Source: Antedon mediterranea | Lineage: Eukaryota > Animalia > Echinodermata | Direction: 5' to 3' | Assembly (NCBI RefSeq): GCF_964355755.1 | Contig: NC_092676.1 | Location: forward strand, 27,112,871 to 27,176,870 | Length of the DNA stretch: 64,000 nucleotides | Part shown: one piece after another, positions 1 through 13,000 of the stretch | How the letters are laid out: each line of letters begins with the position of its first letter | Position numbering within the stretch: the first letter of the stretch is position 1 | The notes under the pieces: generated by a model | The model's database searches: none | Told to the model about the DNA's origin: nothing | The model's input: only the letters and a program-made list of their open reading frames with translations | Position numbers and translations under genes: made by a program

Positions 1-589
1 TATAATAATGGACGACTGTAACAAACACGCCCTCATTTTTTTTTTAGTAGCCCAGAGTGATTTTTTTTGCTCTAAGTATTACCAAACAGAACCATGAAAA
101 GCATGTCAGTTTTATCCAACATAAACGCGTAGAAATACTATTATGATTAAATTTCCTTCAATGGTTGATATAAACTTGATATTTTGATGGTTGTCAGCTA
201 AATACTTGAAGGTAAAGATCTCTGGCTTTGAGGTACTGTACTAATCACATGATATCGACATGACAGAAAGTGGGATACTGTAGGTGTACATGATTCTGCA
301 GATTTAATACTGTGTAATTAGTTCGCTGGGGTGATACTGTCCCAAACTGCTTTCAGGTATAATACAGTACGTTAATTTACTAGTAATACATCAATTAATA
401 TTTGTTTGATAATTACAGTGTATTATTTAATACAATTACAATTTTTTATTTAATTTATTTCGATTACATCCAAGATGTCATAAGAAGTAAAAGTTAAAAT
501 TCATAGTTTATATAGAAAAAACCAATTGGTACAGTACTGTAAAACTATAAAAGTTACAAACATAATAAAGATAAAAGTATTTACAAACA

Positions 590-1200
590 ATTATTTTATT
601 TCTCCATTTTCTATCTTCATCATCTGTTATTACAGTACCTTGTCTTGCAACATACAATGCCATTTGCATTTGTCCTGAGCAGAATGGTTTTGTGTTTTTT
701 CTGAATAATTTTCAATTTCCCTTTTAAATTCATGTAGATTGGTGTTATAATCTTTAATTTACACTGGATAAAAGAATTTTCAGATTTGGTGAAAGAATTT
801 AAAACTTGGTAAAACTATTTTTGTACTGTATGACTCTTAAATTCCCAAACAATATAGAATTTGTAACAAAATTTACTGGAAAAATAAATCATACGCACTT
901 TAGAAAAAATTACATTATGGTATCTTAAATAATTTTAGCGCATTATTTTATCGCCATGACTACACATTTTTCATGACGACCTTGCATTCCTTATGCCTTT
1001 ATTAACATTGATGTACTTTATCATGAAAAAGATTCCAGAATTCCTCAATCCACTGACAAATACACCTTTTTTTTAAGTTTTATTAGGTCATCAACCACAA
1101 ACAAGCTGTAGCTTTTCGGTGATGTGGTCCTTTTCATCCTTTAAGGTATTTTATATTCTGTTTATAAATTTTATTTTTAATGAAAGACGAAACCAATTTG
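590..1200 (-). mobile_element. Heavily degraded L1/Tx1-like LINE ORF2 C-terminal remnant
   Basis: Broken minus-strand peptides (KFINRI, LVCG, CQWIEEFWN, FIQCKLK, EFKREIENY, RKW) occur in the order expected for an L1/Tx1 ORF2 C-terminus. There is no intact ORF. Confidence 0.35.
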
Positions 1201-3904
1201 AACAAAATAGTAACATTAATTTTACCAATGTACAGTACTGTATCTGAATTTCACAATCAATGTTGATAATGTATTTTATTAAAGTAATTATTAATTAAAC
1301 TTCTGAAAACTGTTGGTGGAATGGTACTGATTTACTTTATTTACTGAAAACCCCACATTCTAATTGGAAAATATGGAATATTTAAAATACAGTTGTTTAC
1401 TGTACAGGTTTCTCTTTGACTTACCTCTTAATCTTACTAGGCTAAATATCTTTTCCTAACACACATTTATTTGATTGCTTTTTGAACTGGGTTAATGTCT
1501 AATAAAAACAATATCTTCATTAACTCTGGCTTCGTATTACCAACCCACAGCCAGCAATAAAAGCTAAATGATACAAGACTTTATGTAGTTGTATTTTAAA
1601 CTAAGATTTATCTCGGTTAACGCAGGTTGACGTCTGATTAAGGCTCTGTACTTACAGTTAAATGCAAGCATAAAGTTATTTAATTCTTAATTCATTACTA
1701 TTTTTATTAAGAGAACAATTATCAACAATCAAAATATTTTTGTCTTATATAATAAATTTTGTAATGATTGAAGGTACAGTATCACATGGTCTTTCAAGAC
1801 ACAGAACCTACCTACTGTAGATTCTAATAATTATGTGTTCTTCTAAGAAATTATCACCCCATACTGTACACAAAAACCTGTACTGTACTGTACTGTAGTC
1901 TAATTTAATTTTACAGATATACTTAATTTCAAGATACACAGTACATCATTAGTTATAGTACCTCATTTTTTGCTGGTTGTTTTTTTACATTTTTTTAAAC
2001 TAAAAAACTTTTCTTTGTGATGGATGATCATTTTATACGCATTTTGCCTCGTAAACATTTCACGCTGACGAATCCCATAATGGAACAAATTTACGAACAC
2101 AAAAAGCTATGGGGAGAAGGGTACACACAGTAAAACAAAGAAAACCTTGGCCCGAATCACTCTAGCTTGTAGGCCTAGAATGTTTGCTTTAAGTAATAGG
2201 TTAAAGGAAGGTTCATGGACATTTAAAGCCCATCTGACCTGGCAATATTTGCAAAGCATTCCAGCCTAGCTATGTACATGGATCTCTGTTTGTGAGTGTA
2301 GGTCTTGAGGTATTGAAATGGTACAGTGTGTTTGCATGAACTAGAGTTAAAATCATTCTACTGTACGCTGATTCTATGACCGACTCCTATATAGTACCTC
2401 TGTCATAATAGTAGATACAGTATAACTCCAATGTAGAGTTACTGTTTGTAATATTTTGTAACTTAGATAGAATAGAATAATTTATTTCAGAATATAACAT
2501 TCAACAGGCATTTTCCATTAAAGAGTATCAGACTTTACCATTGTTTCAACCAGAATACGTTTTTAGCATTGAATGCAACAAATCACAAGAGACAGTAAAC
2601 CGCAGTGTAACTGATAAAACCAAAATTTAACTAGGATAGAAAAAGAGTGTAACCATAACTTGTGTATTTTCTATACAGTATTGTAGTTCTGTTTATTCAG
2701 TACTTTCAAGGCCTGACCTAGATTATTTCTATTATATATGTCAATCTATTGTTAAACCTTATAAAAATAACAGAATCACTCATTCATTCAAACCAATTAT
2801 TAATTTTTAAACTGTCTATCGGGGAAATTAAATTTTTATGGTTGTTGTTGACCATGTCAAATTTTGTTTATCCTGTATTTTAGTAGAGAATTCGTGGTAG
2901 TGTTGTTAACAATAGAAATTATAAACATTGTAATAACAGTCAGATAAAAGAACCACAATTTAATTTACAATATTTTTTCAACAAGTTTTTACATAATTTG
3001 ACTGGAGCTTGTACAGTATACTGTACACATTGAATTTAATCAGAGTACATTCAGTAACTGGTGTATACTCCTTCATTTCATTTTTTAACATTGTCAAGTT
3101 TTAAAGAATAAAAATTATTTATTTTCTTTGATATATCATTTATTTAAACTAAGAAAACCAACAAAATTATAAACTTTATTGTCAGAATTCTTGTGTTACT
3201 GACATGTGTATAGTTTAATAACTACAAATCCATGTCATATTCAATCAGCAGGCATTCTAAACCCTTCCCATTTACTCTGGCGCTGTGCTTTTGGCATTGT
3301 ACCAACTTTTATGCTTTAATAATTTTAAGGGTCAGTTTAAAAAATTTTGTTTATAATATAAAGATGGATTAAATTGGAGGAAGTCATGTCATTTTATGTG
3401 ACAGGTTCCGACTGTGTAAAATTATTAAATAAATGTTCACTTTTACTAGGCAATAGAACAGCGTAATAACTTGTATGTCTATATTATTGATCGTGTACCT
3501 TTAAATTATGTATATAAAAATACACTATAGCAAACTGTATCTAACACATTACTTATAATTTCAACACATTAAAATAAATGAGTGAAAAATTATGGATTTT
3601 TCACATTATGACTAACAACTTACGGAAAGTTGTAAAATGACCAAACTTGATTAAGATAATTTTTACTGTAATAATATTGCTAGGTTGCTTACAGTATTTT
3701 GCTTTTAGATTTGTTACTGGAGTAGAAAAGGTTTTCTAGTAAAAAATAAATTGAAAACTTATAATATAAATATAAATTTCTATAGCTTTGTTAACAGTAG
3801 AAAATGTTGGAAATTTGTTTTTAAATTATATTTATTTAGAACTTACTACAGTATAATTTTAAATACTGAGATATAATATTATAAAATTCCTATATGTAAA
3901 TGAT

Positions 3905-4176
3905 TGTCAGACCTAGGTTCGAATCCAACTCTCGCCGCATTGCTTGTATCCGTAGGCAAGATACTTTACTTACGTTGCCTCTCTCCACCCAGGTGTATAA
4001 ATGGGTACCCAGATAGATCTAGACACAACTTTGCGCTGGTTACCGGCTGCATTATGGGAGTATGTTTCCATACGTGTTTGATCCCAAAAAATACTGGGGT
4101 AATAATTCTTGTAAAGCGCCTTTGAGCATGATTACTCATGAAAAGGGCGCTATATAAATGTGGTATTATTATTATT
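3905..4176 (+). mobile_element. tRNA-derived SINE (CORE-like body, L2-like tail)
   Basis: B-box GGTTCGAATCC, body gtatccgtaggcaagatact...ctctctccacccaggtgtataaatgggtacc, and tail gtaaagcgcctttgag...gcgctatataaat(tat)n. Related copies lie at about 24180-24470 and 57627-57663. Confidence 0.7.
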
Positions 4177-4758
4177 GGTCTGTAAACACTTTTGGAGTAT
4201 TAAAATAAATGAAATACTTTTGTCTAAATAAATACATTAATATAATATTTTGTTACAAGAATGTTTACATGTGTATATAAAACGTCATACTATCAATGTT
4301 TTATAATATATTAATTTGAAACAATATGAGAGGAAAGATAAGGAAATATGTGAGAATGAGTAAAAAGTTTTAAAATTTGTAATAAAAGAGAGAAACACCA
4401 AAATAACATTTCTTTAAAATCATACTGTAGGTTTGTTATTGGATCTAAATGTATTGTAGGGCTTAATGATTGAAATGATGTAAAACAAGAGAAAAAAACA
4501 TTTTAAAAACAGTAAAGCTTTAAATATTTATACAAAAATCTGAAAAAAAAAAATAATAAAAGTTTTTTAGGAACTGGTATAATAAAAAACTGTTTGGTGA
4601 ATATTTCATTCATTCAAATATAATCAATAACCATACTGCGTTCACTCTTCCAGTCACTCACTGCTAAAAAGTAATGTATGGCCTCATAACAATTGTCATT
4701 ATGGAGGTAAAAAATGGTTATACTTCCATGTCATATGGCCTAAATAAATGTATCTTAC

Positions 4759-4900
4759 CTATTCTTGTACTTGCAGCACTATTGTGGTTTGGTTGGTGTC
4801 CATGTGCCCTTGGGGATACTGAACTTGGTGGTGATGGTGTGGTCCTGAGGGACGGTGGTCCACTCGGCATCATCTTGTTGTAACCGGTGGTGGAATTCAT
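4759..4900 (-). CDS. Probable first coding exon of an unidentified gene (Pro/Ser-rich N-terminus) that continues left of the window
   Basis: MNSTTGYNKMMPSGPPSLRTTPSPPSSVSPRAHGHQPNHNSAASTRI ends at a strong donor (AG|GTAAGA). An upstream acceptor (tttcag) lies near 4958, and a GC-richer putative 5' UTR exon at about 5027-5370. Confidence 0.55.
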
Positions 4901-6741
4901 AATCAAGTTTAGGCCTAGGCTGCTAGGCTTAGCAAAATTAAGATCAAAATTCCGATGCTGAAATTGTAGAATTCACAAAATAATAATACATAAACGTTAA
5001 GTTGATCTATGTAGAATAATATATACTTCCATCCAAGTGTATAAACGTCCTACGAACAGTCCACTTGCAGATAGGGGCTTCACTTTTCGTCTGGCAGTAC
5101 TTACTAAAGCACTGGTGGTGGTGTTGGTACCAGACGACCAACTCAAAATCGTGTGGCTTGACAGACGATCAACCTACTCGCACACAATTTCTGTTTTACA
5201 ATAGCGGGCAATACATTCCTAGTATAATCATACTAGCGAATTAGCTTCTCATGTTTATAATTCGAATCTTCTACTTTTGATACTGACTGACAATACCAGA
5301 TAGTTTAGTTTTCCTTCAGTTAGATCTTCTCTCCACTTCACTACCGCAATATTTAGCCATGTTTGCTGAGCATTAAAAAGTAAGCACAAGACATTGACCT
5401 TTTCTGTAGGGACAAGGTCATCTATTATAATTTAGGTTCATCCATTTTATTGTAGGTAGAGTGATGATACTACCGTGATATCTTACGATTATTTTCAGAA
5501 TTTTTCTCTAAAAAAGTGCTCATTTTTTTACGGAATACAATTCATTACTTTGCTTTTTAAATATTTTTTATACTAAAACCTAAATAAATGTTATATTCGT
5601 GAAACCTGAATTAAGACATCTGAATATTGCTGTACAAAGTAGACTCGTCCGTAAAAGCAAAACAAATGAAGTGTTGACCTACTTTCCGACGATGCGGATG
5701 TCGTCGATAGGTGGGGCTATAGTAGTAATTTAATATTTTTAATAATATTTGTCTTTTTAAATACAGTAGTTTATTATTAGTTATTCTGTATTTTTCAAAT
5801 GCATCTAAAACTACCAAATTTCTATCCAATAGTTGGTTCATGTACTGTCCTGTAAACTATAATATAATGTTACTTTTAATTTTTTGTTAATTAAAGAAAG
5901 CCTTCTACCAATCTCTACCAATTTCAATGCTGTCTGTAATAATATTTCTGTATTAATATTAATATTAATAGGCCATATTACAATTAGAGGAAGTTTAATC
6001 TCAGCTTGAAAAAAATTAGTCAATATATTTTAATTTATAGCTAGGTGAAACCAGGGTCAAATTAGTTATTAAAAAATCAGATTTCTAATTCAATAAGTAG
6101 ATTAATATAATGTATAAATAAATGTAGTATAAATGTTTTGTTTCTCTAAATATTTCAATTTATGTTCAGATAGATGTTTTTAACAAAAATTCCCAAGTAT
6201 TTTTTATTGTAGGTCACTTAAATTTAATTTAAAAATGCAAATATATGCAGGAAAATATTTGAAAGTGAAAGAGAAAAAAGTTTTTAATTTTCTGAAACTG
6301 TAGAGGGCGACATACAAGATAGTGAGCAGTTCACATTTTGTTTTAGTATTAATACAGTAGATAGCATCTCGGACTGTAATGTTTGCTTACCTTTGAAAAA
6401 TATAAAGAAACAACCAAATAATTTTACATCTTTTATCTGTCAATTTAAATCAAATTTTAACATACATACAAAAGTAATAATAATGAAAACCTGTTGTTAT
6501 TAATTTGTTTATTTACTCCTTAGTTTGTTTATTTTCTTTGTAACACCCTGTATGGTTAATTGTTAAAACAGTATCTCATTTACATACTTAATTGGTCAAT
6601 TGAAAAGAAACTCATGCATACATGCATACATGTACATTATTTTGTTTCACAAATTACATTGTTTTATATCTCTGGACGACTAACATTCTTGCTACACCAG
6701 AGCAACTATTTGATAAGCATCTCCATAAACTATGGCAACCA

Positions 6742-6935
6742 ATGTTTGTTTTCTTTTAACTTTGAAATTTGTTGGAGTTTCCCTCGCCATCCCCTTCAAT
6801 CTACGGTCCACAGTTTAATGATATGATACATTTGATTTACTAAAGCACTGTTCATACTACTCACATCTGCAAACAATAGTTTTAAGCATGCTTATCATTT
6901 GCACTGTGTATTGGCAAACATTTAATATCTTAGTT
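6742..6935 (+). promoter_or_regulatory. Upstream block of paralog 1, duplicated in inverted orientation at 32816-33170; contains kappaB-consensus GGAGTTTCCC (6774-6783)
   Basis: By-eye alignment: 6811-6883 is nearly identical to the reverse complement of 33030-33102. The block ends about 80 bp before the ATG. Confidence 0.6.
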
Positions 6936-7016
6936 TTGATAAATTATTATTTTTAGATTAAGCATTAACAACAATTGCACACAAGCAGACATACAATAGT
7001 GATTTTACTCTTCGTT

Positions 7017-10000
7017 ATGAAATTATTTTTGATTTTTATATACTTTCTAGCAAGGTTAACTTCAATAAATGGACAAGGTAAATGATATTAATATTTTGGA
7101 AAAGATATGCGTAAATTAGATAATGAGAATCAGATGACTTCATTAGGCTGGGTGTTGCTTGCTAGTTTAGTTGAAACAATTAGTTAATATCATTGGAATC
7201 GGAGGTCAAACTAGAATGGTTGTAGGCACAGGCAGCTCCAGGATTGTTAACAGGGGATCACTACCATATAATAATATGTGTAGTTACAGAAAAAGTAGTT
7301 TATCAGTCCATTTAAGGGGAGTGCACAAAACCCTAAACTCCACAACCCTTGATCCGCCACTGCAGGGGATATGTCTGAGCTATACATATACCTATATATG
7401 CCCTGCAGCTGTACTTTTTTCTGCTCATCATTTTTACTTTATTTTTTCAACTTTTATCTACTGGTGTTTTATTTATTTTTAATTCATTATTTTTAATTAA
7501 TTTATTAATTTATTTATTGTTTATTTTGTTCATAATATCTATTTTTAATTAATTTGTAAAGAGGCAATCCCGCCACAAGATTCTCATCTTTTCGGGATCC
7601 TGCCTTCATTCATTCTATAAATTATCTCTTGTCACTATTGTTTTTTGTTGCTTTTTGTCTTTTGGATGTAAATAAATGTTTCTTTAATTGAATTGAAACT
7701 GTACATATAATATCCTATTGTTCAGTGCCACATAGACTCAGGTGGGCTGGGGTTAATATCCAGATGCATTCATTCTTTTATATATATATATAATTATTGT
7801 TTTCAAATATTTTTTTCAATCTTAAATCTAAAGTAAATTGAGTCCTCAACTAAAAGAAAACTATCTATTTAAATCTGATTTGGTTTATAGCATGCAAGTT
7901 TACCATTAACGATCCATGTAATACGAATCTCAAGTTGACCAACTGGCAGAGGAGTGTCCATAATGTAGTATCTGGAGGTAACTACATCGATGATGTCAGC
8001 CTTGCAGTTGGATGGTATCGACTAATGACAGAAGGCGACAGGATCAATGTCACAATGCCAACCTCCAGGCCAGGAAAGTACCACTGTGGAACCAAATACC
8101 CATTATGGATTGATGGTAAATCAAATTAATACATACCATTCATTTACTCACTCACTTCCGCAGCATCTTCAGGTGGACTCTAATGATAGACAATCCAACC
8201 TGCATCAGCGTTGGTGCAAATTGATATTTTAGGTTGTTTTATGAAAGATTTTTGTTCTCTTTTTTGTTTTGTATGTTTTGTACATCATGTACTATCCGAA
8301 TTTAAGGAAATGAATGAATAGACAGGTCCATTAATTTCTATCTGAATGCATACCAGTATTTCTTCAGAGTGTAACCTTTTGTAACAAATTCATTCCATTT
8401 GTTAGTCTTCCAATCATCTGGGTTGGTATCCAGGTAGACTCAACACCTTAAAAATCACATAATATTAAAAAATAAATTAATAATTTGTAATTTTGCTGTT
8501 TCTTCATAATATATGTATTTTGATGTTCAAATTGTTTTTTATGACTTTTTAAAGTGTTTTTTTTCATTTTTTAAAAGTAATTTTAACCAATTTTATACAT
8601 ATTTTGTACATTGAAACACAATTCAGCATTTTTGCTGCCATGTTTTGATTATTTTGTTTTATGAATAAATACCAATAAATAATATTAATAATAATACTGT
8701 TAAAATAGTACGAAAGCCCATTAATGCCATTTGAAGTGTATGTTTTTCGAACGTAATCCGTTCTAACGAATTAGTAATTCGTTTGAACGGATTAATAATC
8801 TGTTCAAACGAATTAGTAATCCGTTCAAACGAATTGAAACATATACAACAAGTGCCATTTAAAGTATATGTTGTAATTCGTTTAAACGGATTACTAATCC
8901 GTTCAAACGAATTACTAATTTGTTTAAACGGATTACTAATTTGTTCAAACGAATTACTAATTCGTTCAAACGAATTACTAATTTGTTTAAACGGATTACT
9001 AATTTGTTTAAACGAATTAATAATTTGTTTAAACGGATTACTAATTCGTTCAAACGAATTAGTAATCCGTTTAAACAAATTAATAATTTGTTTAAACAAA
9101 TTAATAATTTGTTTAAACGGATTACTAATCTGTTTGAACGAATTAGTAATTCGTTTGAACGAATTAGTAATCTGTTTAAACAAATTATTAATTTGTTTAA
9201 ACAAATTAATAATTTGTTTAAACGGATTAATAATTCGTTTAAACGAATTAGTAATTCGTGTAAACAGATTAGTAATCCGTTTGAACGGATTACTAATCCG
9301 TTCAAACAAATTATTAATTTGTTTGAACGGATTAGTAATCCGTTCAAACGAATTACAACATATACTTTAAATGGTACTTGTTGTGTATGTTGCAATTCGT
9401 TTGAACGGATTACTAATTCGTTTAAACAGATTAATAATCTGTTCAAACGAATTAGGAATCCGTCCAAACGGATTAGTAATTTGTTTAAACGGATTAATAA
9501 TCTGTTTAAACGAATTACTAATTCGTTTAAACGAATTAGTAATCCGTTTAAACAAATTATTAATTTGTTTAAACAAATTACTAATTTGTTTAAACGGATT
9601 ACTAATTCGTTCAAACGAATTACTAATTCGTTCAAACAGATTAGTAATCCGTTTAAACAAATTATTAATTTGTTTAAACAAATTATTAATTTGTTTAAAC
9701 AAATTATTAATTTGTTTAAACAAATTACTAATTTGTAGTAGTGTGTTTTTAAGAAGATTCTGTCAGGAAATTATGTCACATATAGATTGATTGACATTAA
9801 TAGTGACCTACTAATAGTGGTCACGAGGTATGATTCCATATATGTCATTGGGAGATTATGGGTTCGAGTTTTGTGTCCCACACGATGTAAATAAAAGTAA
9901 TGTTTTTCACTTAATATGAAAATGAATTTGAATGTTTGTTTCTAGATGTGACTCACACTAGTGCCAACTTTGTTCTATATATGATAGATATGACTCATCT

Positions 10001-13000
10001 TTACCCAAATTAGTTAATTAATTATGTTTTATTATCATTTCAAAAGGTGTTTATCCAGATATTGCTGATGGCATTAAAGTAGTTACCGTCTGTGCTGATA
10101 TGGGAGATGAACCTTGTAAATATACGCAATCACATTGTATCAAAGCTTGCAATTCATCTGATGGCTTGTATCATGTACATTTTCTGTATGGATCTCCAGG
10201 GACTAAAATGGCCTATTGTACAGGTAGGTATTGCAATATAATAATAATAATAATAATAGATAATATGATAAATAAATAGAGTATTTGGTTATACTACAAC
10301 CATAGAGCAGGTCTATATTCTATCACATTTATCATGATACAGATTTATTTGAGTAGAGTCTGGTTTTGCAGTTCAACTGTTTATTATTCACAATGTTTAT
10401 TCGCTAAGAAAATCCAATATTTCATTCATATTAATATTGTACAGGTAGGTATTGCAATATAATATTTAAGAGTATTTGGTTATATTTAAACCATAGAGCA
10501 GGTCTATATTTTAATCCAATTTAAAATGATACAAAGTTTTTTTTAGTAGATTTTGGTTTTGCAGGAAGTAAGAAAAAATCGTGTGTAACTTTACAGTTCA
10601 ACTTATTTCCAATCTTAGTATGTTTATTCGCTTACCAAATCCAATATTTTAACTATATTCTATTAACTAAGTTCAAATTTTAGATTATTATTACACACCA
10701 ACAAGAATGTGTAACTTTTTTCCAATCTTAGTATGTTTATTTGCTTACCAAATCCAATATTTTATCTATATTCTATTAACTAATTTCAAATTTTAGATTA
10801 TTATTACACACCAACAAGAATGTGTAACTTTTATTCACAATCTTAATATGTTTATTTGCTTACCAAATCCAACCTTTTATCTATATTTTATTAAGTTCAA
10901 ATTTTAGACTACCACACACCAACACCTCATAGGCCTGTTCTGCTTAGAGTAGGTCTAGGCCTCCACCAACTTTTGACTATTGCAAGTAAAAGTATGTTTT
11001 ATAACTAATTCTAGATTCACTCATACCTTGCCAGAATGGAAGTAACTCAGCAACAGGTTTCCCACCATGCAGAAAAAACAGTGAGTTCATTTTAGATAAA
11101 CCGAGATGCAATGAGATATGGTATTACTTTTCGAAGTCATGGTAATCTAAACATTTTTTTTTAATCTTTGTATGTGATGGTAATCTAGATATTCTGTTAA
11201 AATATTTGTATGTATAATATTTTACTTGAAAGAAGAAAAAAGAGAAAATATTAATCATTTTAAGAAATTTTTAAATAAAAAGTAACGATATTATTTTATA
11301 TATAAATTCAATACTTATCTACCTTATTTAAGTACCTTATTAATTTATATTGTTGTAATAGTTTATTAGTTTAGGAAAGAAATAAAATAAATGTTTACGT
11401 TGAACTTGAATAAACTCAATCAACGTACAAATAAATGTAAATAATTACATCATGTTAGTTTTTTTTTAAATATTGAATTGTAATAGTAATTCATTCTAAT
11501 TTGAGTGTAAATTAAGATTTTCAGTTTTAGTTAAACTCTTGTTGTTAACTGTTAATTTGATTTTTGTATGATGTCTTCCAGTCTTGTGGAAAAACACCAT
11601 TGAGGTGAACAAGTGTTAGCGTGATTAAATAAAGTTTTTATTATTATTATTAGGCTTATGCTCCACTTTTTTTTTTTTTTGGAGTTTGTTGATATTGTCA
11701 CCAAGTTTACTTAAGTTTGTTATCATCTTACATTAAATTACAGATAGCTACCCCATACTGAAAGGAAAACCAACAGTAGCATTCCAAGAAAAACCAACAG
11801 GAATTGCAGTCATATGTAATTATATAAATAGGAATATTGATGATGAAAAAATGGATTTTCTTGTAAAGTGGTACATAAATGATCAATTTGTTTATGAGAA
11901 ACTTTATCAGCCGGACGACAATACAGTGTCTGCATTCATTAGTGACGAATGTAAATGTGGAAATTGTCAACAAAACCAATGTATTCTAAGCAAGAGATTG
12001 AATTCACATGTAAGTTGCATGAATACAGGTACTAAATTTGTAACATTTACATAAATAACATTTTATAATTATACTTTAAATATTTTAATGTCATTATTAT
12101 ATGTTGAAATATCTTGTATTTTTAATTATTTATTAATTGATATTTTAATATTGTAAATTCAACAATGTTTACTTTGTTACAAATAAATAAAGAATTTGAA
12201 AATATATAAAAATATCTTTCAAGAAAGAGGAGGTATCAACGTTTGACATAACTCTCAACAATCAATAACAATCAGCTCAACAACAACAATTTCATTCAAA
12301 CTGCGAATGTTAAGACCAGACTTTAAAGTTAAAAAGGATATTTCAATGAAATATAATCTCTTTACACATGCTTATTACACAACTAAACGTAGTTCAGTTA
12401 AGGTTTGCAGTCAAACTTACTTATTTTGTATACAATTGTAATCCCACAAATCATCTTCTGCAACCTGTGAACTAAAGCAATCCTTCTTGTGTTTGTTTTT
12501 AGATTCAATGTGAAGTTCGAGCAAGATTCAGAAACACAAGCTATGATGAGTTTCCACCAGGAGTCAAAAGCAACACCATCTATGCCGGGCTTACAGTAAG
12601 TATTAACCTTGCAAATGTCATATCATACTTATTCATAAACATAGTAAAAACTCCTCCAAAACACCAATACTTTTGAAAAACTATTGACCAATCCATCAGA
12701 CACTCATTAACTGGCAAAAAAGAACAAGATTTTTTGCAAATCCTAAATTCTAACAACAAATTCTAAATTCTAACAACAAATTATCTTTAATCAGGTTCAA
12801 CCTAATACTACTGTGACTGTAAGTGAAAATGATGCTGGCCAGGAATTCCAGATTGTGTCAACATTTCCAATAGTTTTACGAAATAAAACCAGTCCAGCTG
12901 TACCAAAGATCAGTATATATATTGTGTCAGGTAATGAAAATGAAATACTCACCCAGAAAGGCTGTTTGCAATCGGTTACAAATGACGCTCCAGCTGTGTA

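Noticed and set aside
8659-9790. Six overlapping heptad-repeat ORFs
   Set aside because: Artefact of a 21-bp palindromic repeat that is open on both strands, inside an intron.
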